Shown: positions 1 to 8,469 of the stretch, piece after piece
Position numbering within the stretch: the first letter of the stretch is position 1
How the letters are laid out: each line of letters starts with the position of its first letter
Assembly (NCBI GenBank): GCA_029258835.1
Contig: JAPDJY010000080.1
Coordinates: 1-15,908 of the forward strand
DNA from: Thermoproteota archaeon
Lineage (GTDB): Archaea > Asgardarchaeota > Jordiarchaeia > Jordiarchaeales > Freyrarchaeaceae
DNA: 15,908 nt
Reading direction: 5' to 3'
Translations under genes and position numbers: made by a program
Notes under the pieces: model-generated
Databases searched by the model: none
What the model was told of the DNA's origin: nothing
What the model saw: the letters and a program-made list of their open reading frames with translations, nothing else

Positions 1-1
1 T

Positions 2-106
2 GCATACAAGCACATAATACTGGAAAGCGACATAGGACTAGGGGAAGAGGTTAAAGTGAAACTTGAAGAGGCGCGAGTAGGATACTTGATAGGTTCGATC
101 TTGTAG
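2..106 (+). CDS. 3' end of a TRAM-domain protein, probably a MiaB/MtaB-like tRNA methylthiotransferase (partial)
   Basis: Frame 2 reads AYKHIILESDIGLGEEVKVKLEEARVGYLIGSIL*, with TAG at 104-106. This resembles the C-terminal TRAM beta-barrel pattern (Y K x I I ... L G E x V x V K ... Y L I G). Confidence 0.65.
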   Translation, partial: AYKHIILESDIGLGEEVKVKLEEARVGYLIGSIL

Positions 107-192
107 GTGACTACACCCTCTTCATTCCCATTTTTCCAGAGGATCCATATGTTCTTTCGGTATATTAAAGAGAAGTATCAGGAAGCTGTTAC

Positions 193-206
193 TAACTTTT
201 TTATTA
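193..206 (+). promoter_or_regulatory. Putative TATA box for the cdrS-ftsZ operon
   Basis: AT-rich TTTTTTATTA at 197-206, about 45 nt upstream of GTG 251. Confidence 0.4.
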
Positions 207-250
207 TGCTGTTTTCCCTAATACAGGCAACAAGAAGGGGGTGGTTTGAG

Positions 251-433
251 GTGCAGCTCGTAACGGTTCACCTGCCCGAAGCATACATAAATGGATTGAA
301 TAAGCTTGTTGAAATGAAGCATTACCCAAACAAGTCCGAGGCCATCCGTGTCGCCATCCGTGATTTACTTAAAAGGGAATTGTGGGAGAGACAGGCATTT
401 TATGGACGCACCCCTATAAGCGGGCGGGAGTAG
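251..433 (+). CDS. cdrS: Ribbon-helix-helix transcription regulator, CdrS-like (60 aa, GTG start at 251)
   Basis: MQLVTVHLPEAYINGLNKLVEMKHYPNKSEAIRVAIRDLL has the CopG/Arc RHH pattern (beta strand, YPN(R/K)SEAIR). It lies directly upstream of ftsZ, as in the archaeal cdrS-ftsZ2 arrangement. A GGGGTGG SD-like element precedes 251. The ORF-track start at 107 is too far upstream. Confidence 0.85.
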   Translation: MQLVTVHLPEAYINGLNKLVEMKHYPNKSEAIRVAIRDLLKRELWERQAFYGRTPISGRE

Positions 434-461
434 CTTAACGGTCACGGTCAGGTGGCTAGCG

Positions 462-1610
462 ATGGCGACGAGCCTCATCAGGGAAGCCATAAAGCACTCA
501 AGGGACGTACGTGTGGAACGCGAATGCAAGGTAGGTGATGCGAGGATAGCTGTCATTGGGACAGGGGGGGCTGGAAACAACACCGTGGATAGGTTGATGC
601 ACTTAGGCGTCGTCGGAGCGGAATGTATTGCTATAAACACAGATAAGCAGCATCTTGAAAGAGTTAGCGCGCACAAGAAGCTTTTAATCGGGAGGAAGAT
701 TACGGGTGGGCGCGGCGCCGGCGGATTTCCTCACATAGGAGAGGCAGCTGCCGAGGAGAGTAAGGATGAAATAGCTCAATTACTGAAGGGGATAGACTTA
801 GTTTTCATAGCTGCTGGGATGGGTGGAGGCACGGGTACAGGCAGCGCCCCAGTCATAGCCGAGATCGCTAAGAAAATGGGTGCAATGGTCGTTGGGGTGG
901 TAACGATGCCCTTCGAAATGGAGAAGGGACGGAAGCAGAAGGCATTCGACGGCCTGAAAAAACTGAGGTACTTCGCAGATACGGTGGTGGTAATAGATAA
1001 TAACCGGCTTCTAAGCTTAGTTCCAAACCTTCCAATAGATGAGGCATTTAGTGTTGCAGATGAAATTCTTGCCAACATGGTTAAGGGGATAACTGAAACG
1101 ATAAGTGTGCCAAGCCTTATCAACTTAGACTACGCTGATGTCCAAAGTGTTCTTAGAAACGGTGGAGTGGCCATGGTTGGGATCGGAGAGGGAGAAGGGG
1201 AGAATAGGGTGGAAAAAGCCGTTAAAAACGCACTTGACTCCCCCCTGCTCGACGTCGACATAACCGGGGCAAGTGGGGCGCTGATCCATGTTACAGGCGG
1301 CCCGGATATGACGTTGACCGAGGCGACCAGGGCAGGCGAGTTGATAACGGAGAAGATGGTTGATGACGCTTTAGTGATCTGGGGGGCTAGGGTTGATCCC
1401 AACTTAACCGGTATAATAAGAATTATCCTCATTTTAACTGGTGTTAATAGCCCTCAGCTTTTAGGCCCAGCCGAGTTTGAAAGGACGGGGCTAGACATAT
1501 TAAAGCCGCTTCCATCAGACAATAATAAGCCATTCCCCCCCTTAGAAGAGTTTACGCCTATCCCTAGAAGAAGCGATGAAGAAGACGACTTAGGGATCCC
1601 ACGCCTCTAA
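462..1610 (+). CDS. ftsZ: Cell division GTPase FtsZ (FtsZ2-like by context)
   Basis: Motifs [26 protein letters not shown] (tubulin signature) and INLDYADV (T7 loop). Pro/acidic linker and C-terminal DLGIPRL tail. Confidence 0.97.
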   Translation: MATSLIREAIKHSRDVRVERECKVGDARIAVIGTGGAGNNTVDRLMHLGVVGAECIAINTDKQHLERVSAHKKLLIGRKITGGRGAGGFPHIGEAAAEESKDEIAQLLKGIDLVFIAAGMGGGTGTGSAPVIAEIAKKMGAMVVGVVTMPFEMEKGRKQKAFDGLKKLRYFADTVVVIDNNRLLSLVPNLPIDEAFSVADEILANMVKGITETISVPSLINLDYADVQSVLRNGGVAMVGIGEGEGENRVEKAVKNALDSPLLDVDITGASGALIHVTGGPDMTLTEATRAGELITEKMVDDALVIWGARVDPNLTGIIRIILILTGVNSPQLLGPAEFERTGLDILKPLPSDNNKPFPPLEEFTPIPRRSDEEDDLGIPRL

Positions 1611-1632
1611 ACCTTTATTTTTTCTCTCTTCC
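1611..1632 (+). terminator. Oligo-T/pyrimidine-rich archaeal terminator after ftsZ
   Basis: CCTTTATTTTTTCTCTCTTCC immediately after the TAA stop. Confidence 0.45.
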
Positions 1633-1680
1633 TAAAACGTTTCAGAGAATTTCTTCTTAAGTAGGAGAAGGGCTTTAGAG

Positions 1681-2374
1681 ATGATAAGGATTTTAGTTGT
1701 TGAGAGAGGGATCTATGGGGAACGCGTTGTTGAAACCATTAACAAGTATGGGAATGAAAGGTTTAAAGTGGTGAGAAGGTTTAAGCTTCCAAGAGAGTTG
1801 CCTGAACTCATAGATGAGCCGGAAGGATACTTTCCAAGAGGGGTTTTTTGAAGGGGTTGACGTAGCGTACCTTTACACGCTTTATCCTGACCTAACAATA
1901 CAGGGGGTTCTAGAAGCATGCAAAGCAGGGCTCTCAGCTGTCATTATACCTGGGGAAGATCCAACCTTTAAGGGTGCCGCATCTAAAAAAGAACTCCAGA
2001 GAGTGGCGGAGGGGAAAATAGACGTTTTCGCGCCTAGAATCTCCTGTGCGTTACATCCACCAACGGGTAATAGGGTAGTCGACCAATTAGCTGAGAGATT
2101 TGGAATGCCGGAAATACACGTCTCACTTCACGGTCAACGCGTCCTAAGCGTCAACGTGGTTAGAGGAGCCCCCTGTGGAGCTACATGGTACGTTGCGAGG
2201 AATCTTAACGGTGAAAGGTTTCCCGACGCTGATGCTCTTAGACGCAAGGCGGGCCTTCTCGCCCAGTATTACTGCAGAGCGCCCAGAGGGTATCCCCCTT
2301 TTGAAGACGTAAAAGGGATACATCTAGCAGGGGAGCTGCACGCCAAAAGCGTGAAGATAATAAAGTTAAAGTAA
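1681..2374 (+). CDS. DUF166-family protein interrupted by a +1 frameshift at about 1846-1851 (programmed frameshift, pseudogene or assembly indel)
   Basis: 1681-1851 encodes MIRILVVERGIYGERVVETINKYG...LPELIDEPEGYFPRGVF*, a DUF166-like N-terminus (YGERV, LPExIDxPE). The +1 frame continues EGVDVAYLYTLYPDLT...CAL...FGMPE...VVRGAPCGATWYVA...YYCRA...IHLAG to 2374. Confidence 0.8.
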
Positions 2375-2419
2375 AAATCGCATTTTACGCCTCCTGTCAA
2401 GGTTCTTAGGTGCATATCT

Positions 2420-3190
2420 TTACATTATCATTGGTTTTAACGTTTTTTCAAGTACCTCTTTTACAGCTAGATATGCAGGGGAAGTTTCAGGGAGGTCTAG
2501 GAGGGGTTTTCCCATCAAGTTGTATTCTGCCAGTTTTCCGTCTACGGGTATGCTGCCAACGTAGTCTAGTTTAAACTTTGCTGCGTACTCCTTTAGAACG
2601 CCTTCAAGACCGGGTGTTACCTTATTGACCACTAAGAACACCTTTTTAAATTCTCTGTGAAGGACTTTTGCCAAGTCTCTTATTCTTGAGGCGGTCTGAA
2701 TGCCCATCTTTGAAGGGTCTGCTACGAGGAACATTACATCAACGTTGGCACTGGTGCGCCTACTGACGTGCTCTAACCCGGCTGGCAAGTCCATTAACAC
2801 TAAAGAGTAATTCTTCACTAAAGTATCCATGATCTTCATTAACAAATTATTTACAAGGCAGTAGCATCCTTCCCTTTCAGGCGCCCCCATAACGAGCAAG
2901 TCGAATAGGTCCCCCTCATAGAGGATGTCAAAGACCCGGTACTCTAAGTACTCTGCTTTACCAAAGTTTGGGGGGAAGCTGCTCATTTTCTCTTTAAGCT
3001 CGTTAACGATTACTCCAACGTCTCCTCTCACATCAACACCTAAAACGTCAGGAGTATTGGAGTCAGGGTCTGCGTCGATAACCAGTATATCTTGAGAGTT
3101 CCACTCTAAGAGGGCTTTCAATGCTAAAGCCAGAAAGCTTGTTTTTCCAACTCCTCCTTTACCGGAAACTGCTATGATCTTCGGCTGCAT
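2420..3190 (-). CDS. cooC: CooC/AcsF-type nickel-insertion ATPase (CODH/ACS maturation)
   Basis: Deviant Walker A SGKGGVGKT, IDADP, the GCYC metal-binding motif and DLPAGLEHVSRRT. Confidence 0.88.
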   Translation of the reverse strand: MQPKIIAVSGKGGVGKTSFLALALKALLEWNSQDILVIDADPDSNTPDVLGVDVRGDVGVIVNELKEKMSSFPPNFGKAEYLEYRVFDILYEGDLFDLLVMGAPEREGCYCLVNNLLMKIMDTLVKNYSLVLMDLPAGLEHVSRRTSANVDVMFLVADPSKMGIQTASRIRDLAKVLHREFKKVFLVVNKVTPGLEGVLKEYAAKFKLDYVGSIPVDGKLAEYNLMGKPLLDLPETSPAYLAVKEVLEKTLKPMIM

Positions 3191-3281
3191 AAATCCAACT
3201 CCATGGAGGCGTTCCGGGTACTACATGGATCTCAAACCTAAGATAAACTTTACCTGCCTAAAGACGCGCCGAGGAACTAGA

Positions 3282-3310
3282 CGGGAAGGAAAAACGGTGA
3301 AAGGCCGTTT
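3282..3310 (-). terminator. Small hairpin plus pyrimidine tract after mptE
   Basis: AAACGG (3292-3297) / CCGTTT (3305-3310) inverted repeat, followed on the minus strand by TTCCTTCCC. Confidence 0.35.
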
Positions 3311-3316
3311 ACAACA

Positions 3317-4087
3317 TCAAACCCATCTTAATGTCTTTACGCCTTTAATCACTTCTCCTTTGCCGGTTATGTTAACGATAACAGCATCCGTGTTTTTAGC
3401 TAGCCATTCTAATAACTTCTTTGCATACTTCAGCTTTTTACGTTTCACGGTGGTAGCGTATACATCACACGTATATGTCGGCTTCGAGAAGCGCCCAACC
3501 TTTTCCCCCAAGTCAAACCCGGCTAGCAAGATTGTATGCGCCCCCATTGCCTCGGAAAGGAAGGCTGCCCTGTCGCCATCGGTGAAGCCGAAAAAATTAT
3601 AGATTTTCCCGATGGGTTCTGTTTGCGTCGTCCCAAGGACAGGGCCGTGAAACTCCTTAACTTTTTCAAGGGATGTGATATTATCTCCGTGTGCATGTAC
3701 GACTACTATGGACCCTTCAAGGTTTGCGGAGAGAATATCCTCTATTTTTCCATCCAAGTCTGTCACTATTAATCCTGGCTTAATTCCTTCCTTTAGGAGG
3801 GCTGACGTCGCCCCGTCAACGGCGACATTGACACATGTTTTGTCTAGTCCTACCCTCTTGATTTCTTTTACGTTCCTTTCCAGCGAGGGGCCACAGCCAT
3901 AAACTATTACGCAATTACCGGATATCATCCCTTTTACTTTATCTAACGCGTCTCTTACTTTAGCATCATCTAAGATCTCATTAAGGATCATCGCCGCCTC
4001 TCTGTCCTTTTCCGGGTCGAAGCCAAAATCCTTAACAATTTTATCATACCATTTCTTCCAGTCATCGTAAGTTATTTTCCTTGGCGT
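3317..4087 (-). CDS. mptE: 6-hydroxymethyl-7,8-dihydropterin pyrophosphokinase MptE (DUF115). The start is probably upstream of the ORF-track ATG at 3991 (ACG 4087 or ATA 4075).
   Basis: Motifs GCGPSL, AVDGAT, IVTDLDG, VVHAHGDN, GTTQ, GFTDGDRA, LAGFD and KxKKLxxA. The conserved N-terminal segment YDDWKKWYDKIVKDFGFDPEKDREAA is in frame upstream of 3991. Confidence 0.88.
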   Translation of the reverse strand, partial: TPRKITYDDWKKWYDKIVKDFGFDPEKDREAAMILNEILDDAKVRDALDKVKGMISGNCVIVYGCGPSLERNVKEIKRVGLDKTCVNVAVDGATSALLKEGIKPGLIVTDLDGKIEDILSANLEGSIVVVHAHGDNITSLEKVKEFHGPVLGTTQTEPIGKIYNFFGFTDGDRAAFLSEAMGAHTILLAGFDLGEKVGRFSKPTYTCDVYATTVKRKKLKYAKKLLEWLAKNTDAVIVNITGKGEVIKGVKTLRWV

Positions 4088-5474
4088 CCCTTCCTCCTCC
4101 CAGCAACCTTATCACTTCATCAAGCCTCGGCATGCTACTTCTAGAGCCAGGTCTCTGAGCTGAAATCGCGCTCGCCGCAAGGCCGAACCTAATGCTTTCC
4201 CTTAAACTCTTCCCATCTAAGACCGCCTTCATGAATCCTGCTGAGAAGGCGTCTCCCGAGCCGCTGGCATCCAACACGTCCACGTCGAAACCGTCCACAT
4301 GTATTCTACCTTCTTTTGTATAGGCGTCACATCCCTCCGTTACCCCCTTAAAAACGATAAGGGTCTTCAACCCTGTCCCGAGAATTTCCGTCTCACTTTC
4401 AGATTTTCCTTTGGACATTTTACTCCATCCTCTCTCGCTTAAGATCAAGAAATCGGTGTTTCGCAGAATGCCTTCTACCTTGTCGACGCCCCTCTTAAGA
4501 TGATGGATTGTAGGTCTGTAGAAAACTTTCAGGTTACGGGTTTTCGCGTAGCTTGCAATCAGCTCGCCTACCTCAACGAACGTCTCACCTATATAGACAG
4601 CCTTAGCATTTTTTATCAGTTCCCAGTTTATTTCTTCTGGGTCAGATATTGAAAGAGCAGTTCTTGCGGTGGCGGTCACATACGCTTTCCTTTCCCCATC
4701 CTCGAAGATCACTATGGTCCTCGGCGTTTGAAGCCTCCGATCTATTATTAAGTTTGTTGCGTCAACGTTTTCCTTTATAAAATCATTAATCATCCTCCAT
4801 CCACATGAATCCCCACCTATCTTCCCAGCAAAACTCACTCTGACCCCAAGCCTTGAAAGCGCTACGGCGACGTTTCCTCCGGATCCACTTGGTGACTCGT
4901 ACACTTCGTGAAGTAAGCCTACTCCGGAAACGAGATTGGCTTTTCTTGATAAAGCTATCGTTTCCATGGAAGCTGAACCATAAACTATTACCTCAGGTTC
5001 GAAGACGGCTTTCTGCAGTTTGGCTAGTGCCTTCGTGACAGCAGCAGAAAAAATTCTCTCAAGTTTTCCAGCTTCCATGTTCTTTTTAAGGCAAAGATCG
5101 ATGATGTTGTCAATGTACGTTTTGAAGAGTTCCTCCAACACTTTCTCTAGATCGAGGGATGGAAGCTGCCTTTTAAACATGAGGAGTATCCATCGTCCAA
5201 TATCAGTTGGCTTATACCAAATAGTGTGCCTTCCCCTTTCCAGCCGGTGACACTCCTCCAGCACTTTCAACTTAACTAGCTTTTTCAAGTGGGCTATAAC
5301 CGTTTTATTCGAGTGTCTAAGTCGTCTTATTATTTCTCTCTGGGCAAGTACCCCTCGGTCTATTTTTTCCAGTATCTCGAACGTAATGGGAGAGCCGAAA
5401 ACCCCCATTAGAAACTCTCTTAAATCGTGCGGGTCAGCTGGAAGAAAAAGCAGGTAGGGCCAGTTTTCCTCCAT
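4062..5474 (-). CDS. Winged-HTH / PfkB(ribokinase)-family kinase fusion protein
   Basis: N-terminal wHTH (FEILEKI..QREIIRRLRHSNKTVIAHLKKLVKLKVLEE..WYKPTDIG). C-terminal PfkB domain (SGSGGNVAVALSRLG, GKIGGDxxG, DASGSGDAFSAGF). Confidence 0.85.
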   Translation of the reverse strand: MEENWPYLLFLPADPHDLREFLMGVFGSPITFEILEKIDRGVLAQREIIRRLRHSNKTVIAHLKKLVKLKVLEECHRLERGRHTIWYKPTDIGRWILLMFKRQLPSLDLEKVLEELFKTYIDNIIDLCLKKNMEAGKLERIFSAAVTKALAKLQKAVFEPEVIVYGSASMETIALSRKANLVSGVGLLHEVYESPSGSGGNVAVALSRLGVRVSFAGKIGGDSCGWRMINDFIKENVDATNLIIDRRLQTPRTIVIFEDGERKAYVTATARTALSISDPEEINWELIKNAKAVYIGETFVEVGELIASYAKTRNLKVFYRPTIHHLKRGVDKVEGILRNTDFLILSERGWSKMSKGKSESETEILGTGLKTLIVFKGVTEGCDAYTKEGRIHVDGFDVDVLDASGSGDAFSAGFMKAVLDGKSLRESIRFGLAASAISAQRPGSRSSMPRLDEVIRLLGGGRDAKENNLR

Positions 5475-5483
5475 CAACCATTT

Positions 5484-5861
5484 TCACCCTTCCACTTTTT
5501 CAATAAACATTAACGGGTAGTTGAGTTCAGGGATATAATCCAGTCTTGCAGTGACCTTCACTGCACCATACTCAACCACTAACCTGACAGAAAGGTTTCT
5601 TCCACTAACTTCAGAGTATCCATAAACATTCACATCTCCAATGCCTTCCTTTATTTTAACTTCCACCGACTTAACATATGGTTGGCAAGAAACCGCCTTT
5701 TCTATCGCTCGCTCAATAAGTGGAATGATCTCTTTCGACACTGGAACGCCGACGAATTGATGGTAGATTGCGCCAAGTTTAATGCCAGCCTCGAAGATGG
5801 CACGGTCTCTTTCACTAACCTCTCTTCCAAAAAAGCCTCTAGTAACATCCTTGTCTCCCAA
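5484..5861 (-). CDS. mptD: Archaeal dihydroneopterin aldolase MptD (DUF381)
   Basis: Motifs RAIFEAGIKLGAIYHQFVGVPV, QPY, YGYSE and LNYPLM. TTG start with a GAGGGGG SD. Confidence 0.9.
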   Translation of the reverse strand: MGDKDVTRGFFGREVSERDRAIFEAGIKLGAIYHQFVGVPVSKEIIPLIERAIEKAVSCQPYVKSVEVKIKEGIGDVNVYGYSEVSGRNLSVRLVVEYGAVKVTARLDYIPELNYPLMFIEKVEG

Positions 5862-5956
5862 AAAAACCCCCTCACTTAGCCTCTAAATTCTAAAACTTTC
5901 CTTTCACCATCACTAAGAAACGTTGCCACATAACCCCCAACTCGACATCGCCTTAA

Positions 5957-5968
5957 GAAATCTTTAAA
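5957..5968 (+). promoter_or_regulatory. BRE-TATA for the AIR-synthase-like gene (divergent region shared with mptD)
   Basis: GAAATCTTTAAA about 55 nt upstream of ATG 6023. The same AAATCTTTAA word lies upstream of radA. Confidence 0.5.
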
Positions 5969-6022
5969 GTTAAATCTAAAGAAAGTTTTCCCTTGGTAGA
6001 AAACGCGAAGGTGCTTTAAAAG

Positions 6023-7402
6023 ATGAGTGATCTTGAAGGGTTAGCAAAGCGGCTTTTCTTGAAGGGTTTCTCCCGCTCCTTGATCCTTGAAAGACTTGCA
6101 TCGGAAGTTACGGTATTTAAGGATGTGGCTGAACAGGATGCTTACGCTTTCGCCGAAGCTGTACTTTCGGAGGTGGAAGCATCTTTGAGGGCCCTAGCTA
6201 ATAAGGAGGTAGGCTGGATCTTAAGGCATCCTAAGAGTGGAGCAACAATGCACGATTTGGGGGTTGGATGTAGAGGGGAAGGGGACTTCTTCGTCCATCA
6301 ACTTCTTTCAGAAATAGCCGACATAGGAGTAGCACGTGTCCTAGGACCTAAAGCGCAAGACGATGCAGGAATCGTCGGCCACGAGGGAAGATTCATTGTT
6401 GTAGCGGTGGATGGAACTCATTCACGTTTAACCGAGTTCCCTTTTATTGCAGGTTTCCATGTGACACGAGCTGCAATGAGGGACGTCTACGTTAAAGGAG
6501 CCAAGCCTGTAGCTCTCTTTACCGACCTTCACCTAGCGGACGATGGGGACATAGGTGTTTTGTTTGACTTTATGGGGGGTGTGAGGGCTGTCTCCCAGCT
6601 ATCCGGTGTCCCCTTAGTAGCGGGCTCAACGCTTAGAGTTGGAGGGGACATGGTTATTGGTACCCGCTTCGTCTCATGCGTTGGGGCGGTTGGAGTAATA
6701 GAAAGGGAGGACATGATAGCTGCTAGACGTAGAATAAAGCCGGGTGACGACGTCATCATGACCGAGGGTGCCGGTGGGGGAACAATAGCAACCACAGCAA
6801 TTTATAGCGGGATGCCTGAGGTTTTACTTGAAACCCTTAACATTCAATTCATTGAGGCGTGTGAGGCTCTCCGTCAAAGCGGACTCTTCAGTAAGATCCA
6901 TGCCGCAACGGACTGGACAAACGGGGGACTTAGAGGAGACTGCAGCGAGATTTGTAGAACCGTCAAGGTGGGAATGAAAATATATGAGGAAAAGGTCAGG
7001 TCCCTTCTAAACAAGAAAGTCTTATCTATGCTTGACACGTTGTCAATAGACTATTTAGGCGTTTCAATGGATGCACTTCTCATATTTAGCCCACCAGAGC
7101 ACACGAAGGAAGTCCTTTATACTTTGAAAAAGGTTAACGTGAAATGTGACGTAGTGGGCGAAGTGATAAGCGATCCTGCCAGACCAATTTTAGTAAGCAA
7201 TGGAAAGGAAACATGCTTAGAGCCACTTTACAGGGAGGCAGCTTACACGAAAATTAAGAAGTTAGTTGGTGAAGAAGCACCTCTAAGAAAGGAAGAGTTC
7301 ATGGCATCCGCTAGGAGAGCTGTCCTCGAATCGCTTGAAAAGACCAAGAGGGTTATTGAGCTCGTAACAAGGAAACGAAGAGAAAAGGCTCCACTACAAT
7401 AA
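6023..7402 (+). CDS. AIR synthase (PurM)-like / HypE-related protein of the archaeal MJ0640-like type, function unknown
   Basis: Motifs GVGCRGEGDFFVH, QDDAG, AVDGTHSRL, RDVYVKGAKP, HLADDGD, GSTLRVGGDM, TEGAGGGT and TDWTNGGLRGD, typical of the PurM-like fold. Confidence 0.8.
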   Translation: MSDLEGLAKRLFLKGFSRSLILERLASEVTVFKDVAEQDAYAFAEAVLSEVEASLRALANKEVGWILRHPKSGATMHDLGVGCRGEGDFFVHQLLSEIADIGVARVLGPKAQDDAGIVGHEGRFIVVAVDGTHSRLTEFPFIAGFHVTRAAMRDVYVKGAKPVALFTDLHLADDGDIGVLFDFMGGVRAVSQLSGVPLVAGSTLRVGGDMVIGTRFVSCVGAVGVIEREDMIAARRRIKPGDDVIMTEGAGGGTIATTAIYSGMPEVLLETLNIQFIEACEALRQSGLFSKIHAATDWTNGGLRGDCSEICRTVKVGMKIYEEKVRSLLNKKVLSMLDTLSIDYLGVSMDALLIFSPPEHTKEVLYTLKKVNVKCDVVGEVISDPARPILVSNGKETCLEPLYREAAYTKIKKLVGEEAPLRKEEFMASARRAVLESLEKTKRVIELVTRKRREKAPLQ

Positions 7403-7420
7403 GAAGGTCACGGAGCCTAC

Positions 7421-8365
7421 TCAAGCATCAACTATACCTTCTTCGGTTATTAGGAAAACGGTTTCCTGCTCTGGAAGATAGGGGCTGTCGACAACTCTAG
7501 CTATACGTTGATTTCCTTTACCCTTCCTCAGATAAACTCTCGTTGTACAGTTATGAGCTATTATATGCCCTCCAACAGGCTGGGTCGGATCACCGAAGAA
7601 GGTATCGGGCTTAGCCATAACCTGATTTGTTACCACCACAGCCAAGTTATGTAGCTCTGAAAGCCTCAGAAGAGTGTGAAGATGCTTATTCAACTTTTGC
7701 TGTCTTTCAGCCAGTAAACCACGGCCAACATATTCAGACCTGAAGTGGCCGACTATGCTATCGACTATTACTAGCTTCACGTTTCTGCCTTCACTAATGA
7801 TGTCCTCCACGCTCTGAGCCAAGTAAAGCTGATGGTCAGAGTTATACGCCCTAGCATATGTAACTTTTTGAAGCGCCTCCTTCACGTCTAATCCAAACCT
7901 GCTTGCAATCTGAACCAGTCTTTCAGGTCTGAATGTGCCTTCAGTATCTATGTAAACGGCTTCCCCAGACAAGCCACCTGCTTCTTCAGGAAGCTGAACC
8001 GTGATCGATAGCTGATGGCATATCTGAGTCTTCCCTGTGCGAAACTCTCCGAAGAATTCCGTTATACCTCTTGTTTCGATTCCGCCGCCTAGTAATTCAT
8101 CCAGGTTCCTGCAGCCAGTAGTAATTTGAGAAATTCTCTTCCTCTGCTCTAGATACTCTTCAGCAGAGATGAAGCCGATGTTAACGAGCTCTCGAGCCGC
8201 CTCTATTATTTTTGCTGCAGTTGCTTCGCCTATCTCCGCCGCTATGGCAATTTCCCTCGGCGTTGCTACCGCTATGGACTCTGGAGTCCTGAAACCGGCT
8301 TCGTAAAGTTTCTTAGCAATAGCTGGCCCTACCCCTGGGATATCCTCTAGCGAATTTGACGACAT
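7421..8365 (-). CDS. radA: DNA repair and recombination protein RadA
   Basis: N-terminal HhH domain (LEDIPGVGP), GFISA polymerisation motif, Walker [34 protein letters not shown] and GGHIIAH. GGAGGTG SD at 8373-8379. Confidence 0.97.
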   Translation of the reverse strand: MSSNSLEDIPGVGPAIAKKLYEAGFRTPESIAVATPREIAIAAEIGEATAAKIIEAARELVNIGFISAEEYLEQRKRISQITTGCRNLDELLGGGIETRGITEFFGEFRTGKTQICHQLSITVQLPEEAGGLSGEAVYIDTEGTFRPERLVQIASRFGLDVKEALQKVTYARAYNSDHQLYLAQSVEDIISEGRNVKLVIVDSIVGHFRSEYVGRGLLAERQQKLNKHLHTLLRLSELHNLAVVVTNQVMAKPDTFFGDPTQPVGGHIIAHNCTTRVYLRKGKGNQRIARVVDSPYLPEQETVFLITEEGIVDA

Positions 8366-8413
8366 TAACGGACACCTCCGCCCTTTTCATTTCCAAACTC
8401 TTCTTATTTCTCC

Positions 8414-8428
8414 CTTAAAGATTTAATT
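8414..8428. promoter_or_regulatory. Overlapping divergent TATA elements for radA (-) and DUF447 (+)
   Basis: CTTAAAGATTTAATT reads AAATCTTTAAG on the minus strand and AAAGATTTAATT on the plus strand. Confidence 0.4.
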
Positions 8429-8469
8429 TAGCCTTCTTGTTTTAATACTTTCCTGATGGAGGCTGAAGT

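Noticed and set aside
107-250. N-terminal 48 codons of ORF 107..433
   Set aside because: They span the promoter region. RHH similarity begins at GTG 251, which has an SD.
1814-1848. ATG 1814 as the DUF166 start
   Set aside because: MSRKDTFQ is not family-like, and the N-terminal motifs are in the frame starting at 1681.
1849-1860. Selenocysteine or stop readthrough at the DUF166 TGA
   Set aside because: Same-frame readthrough hits another TGA at 1858-1860. The homologous sequence continues only in the +1 frame.
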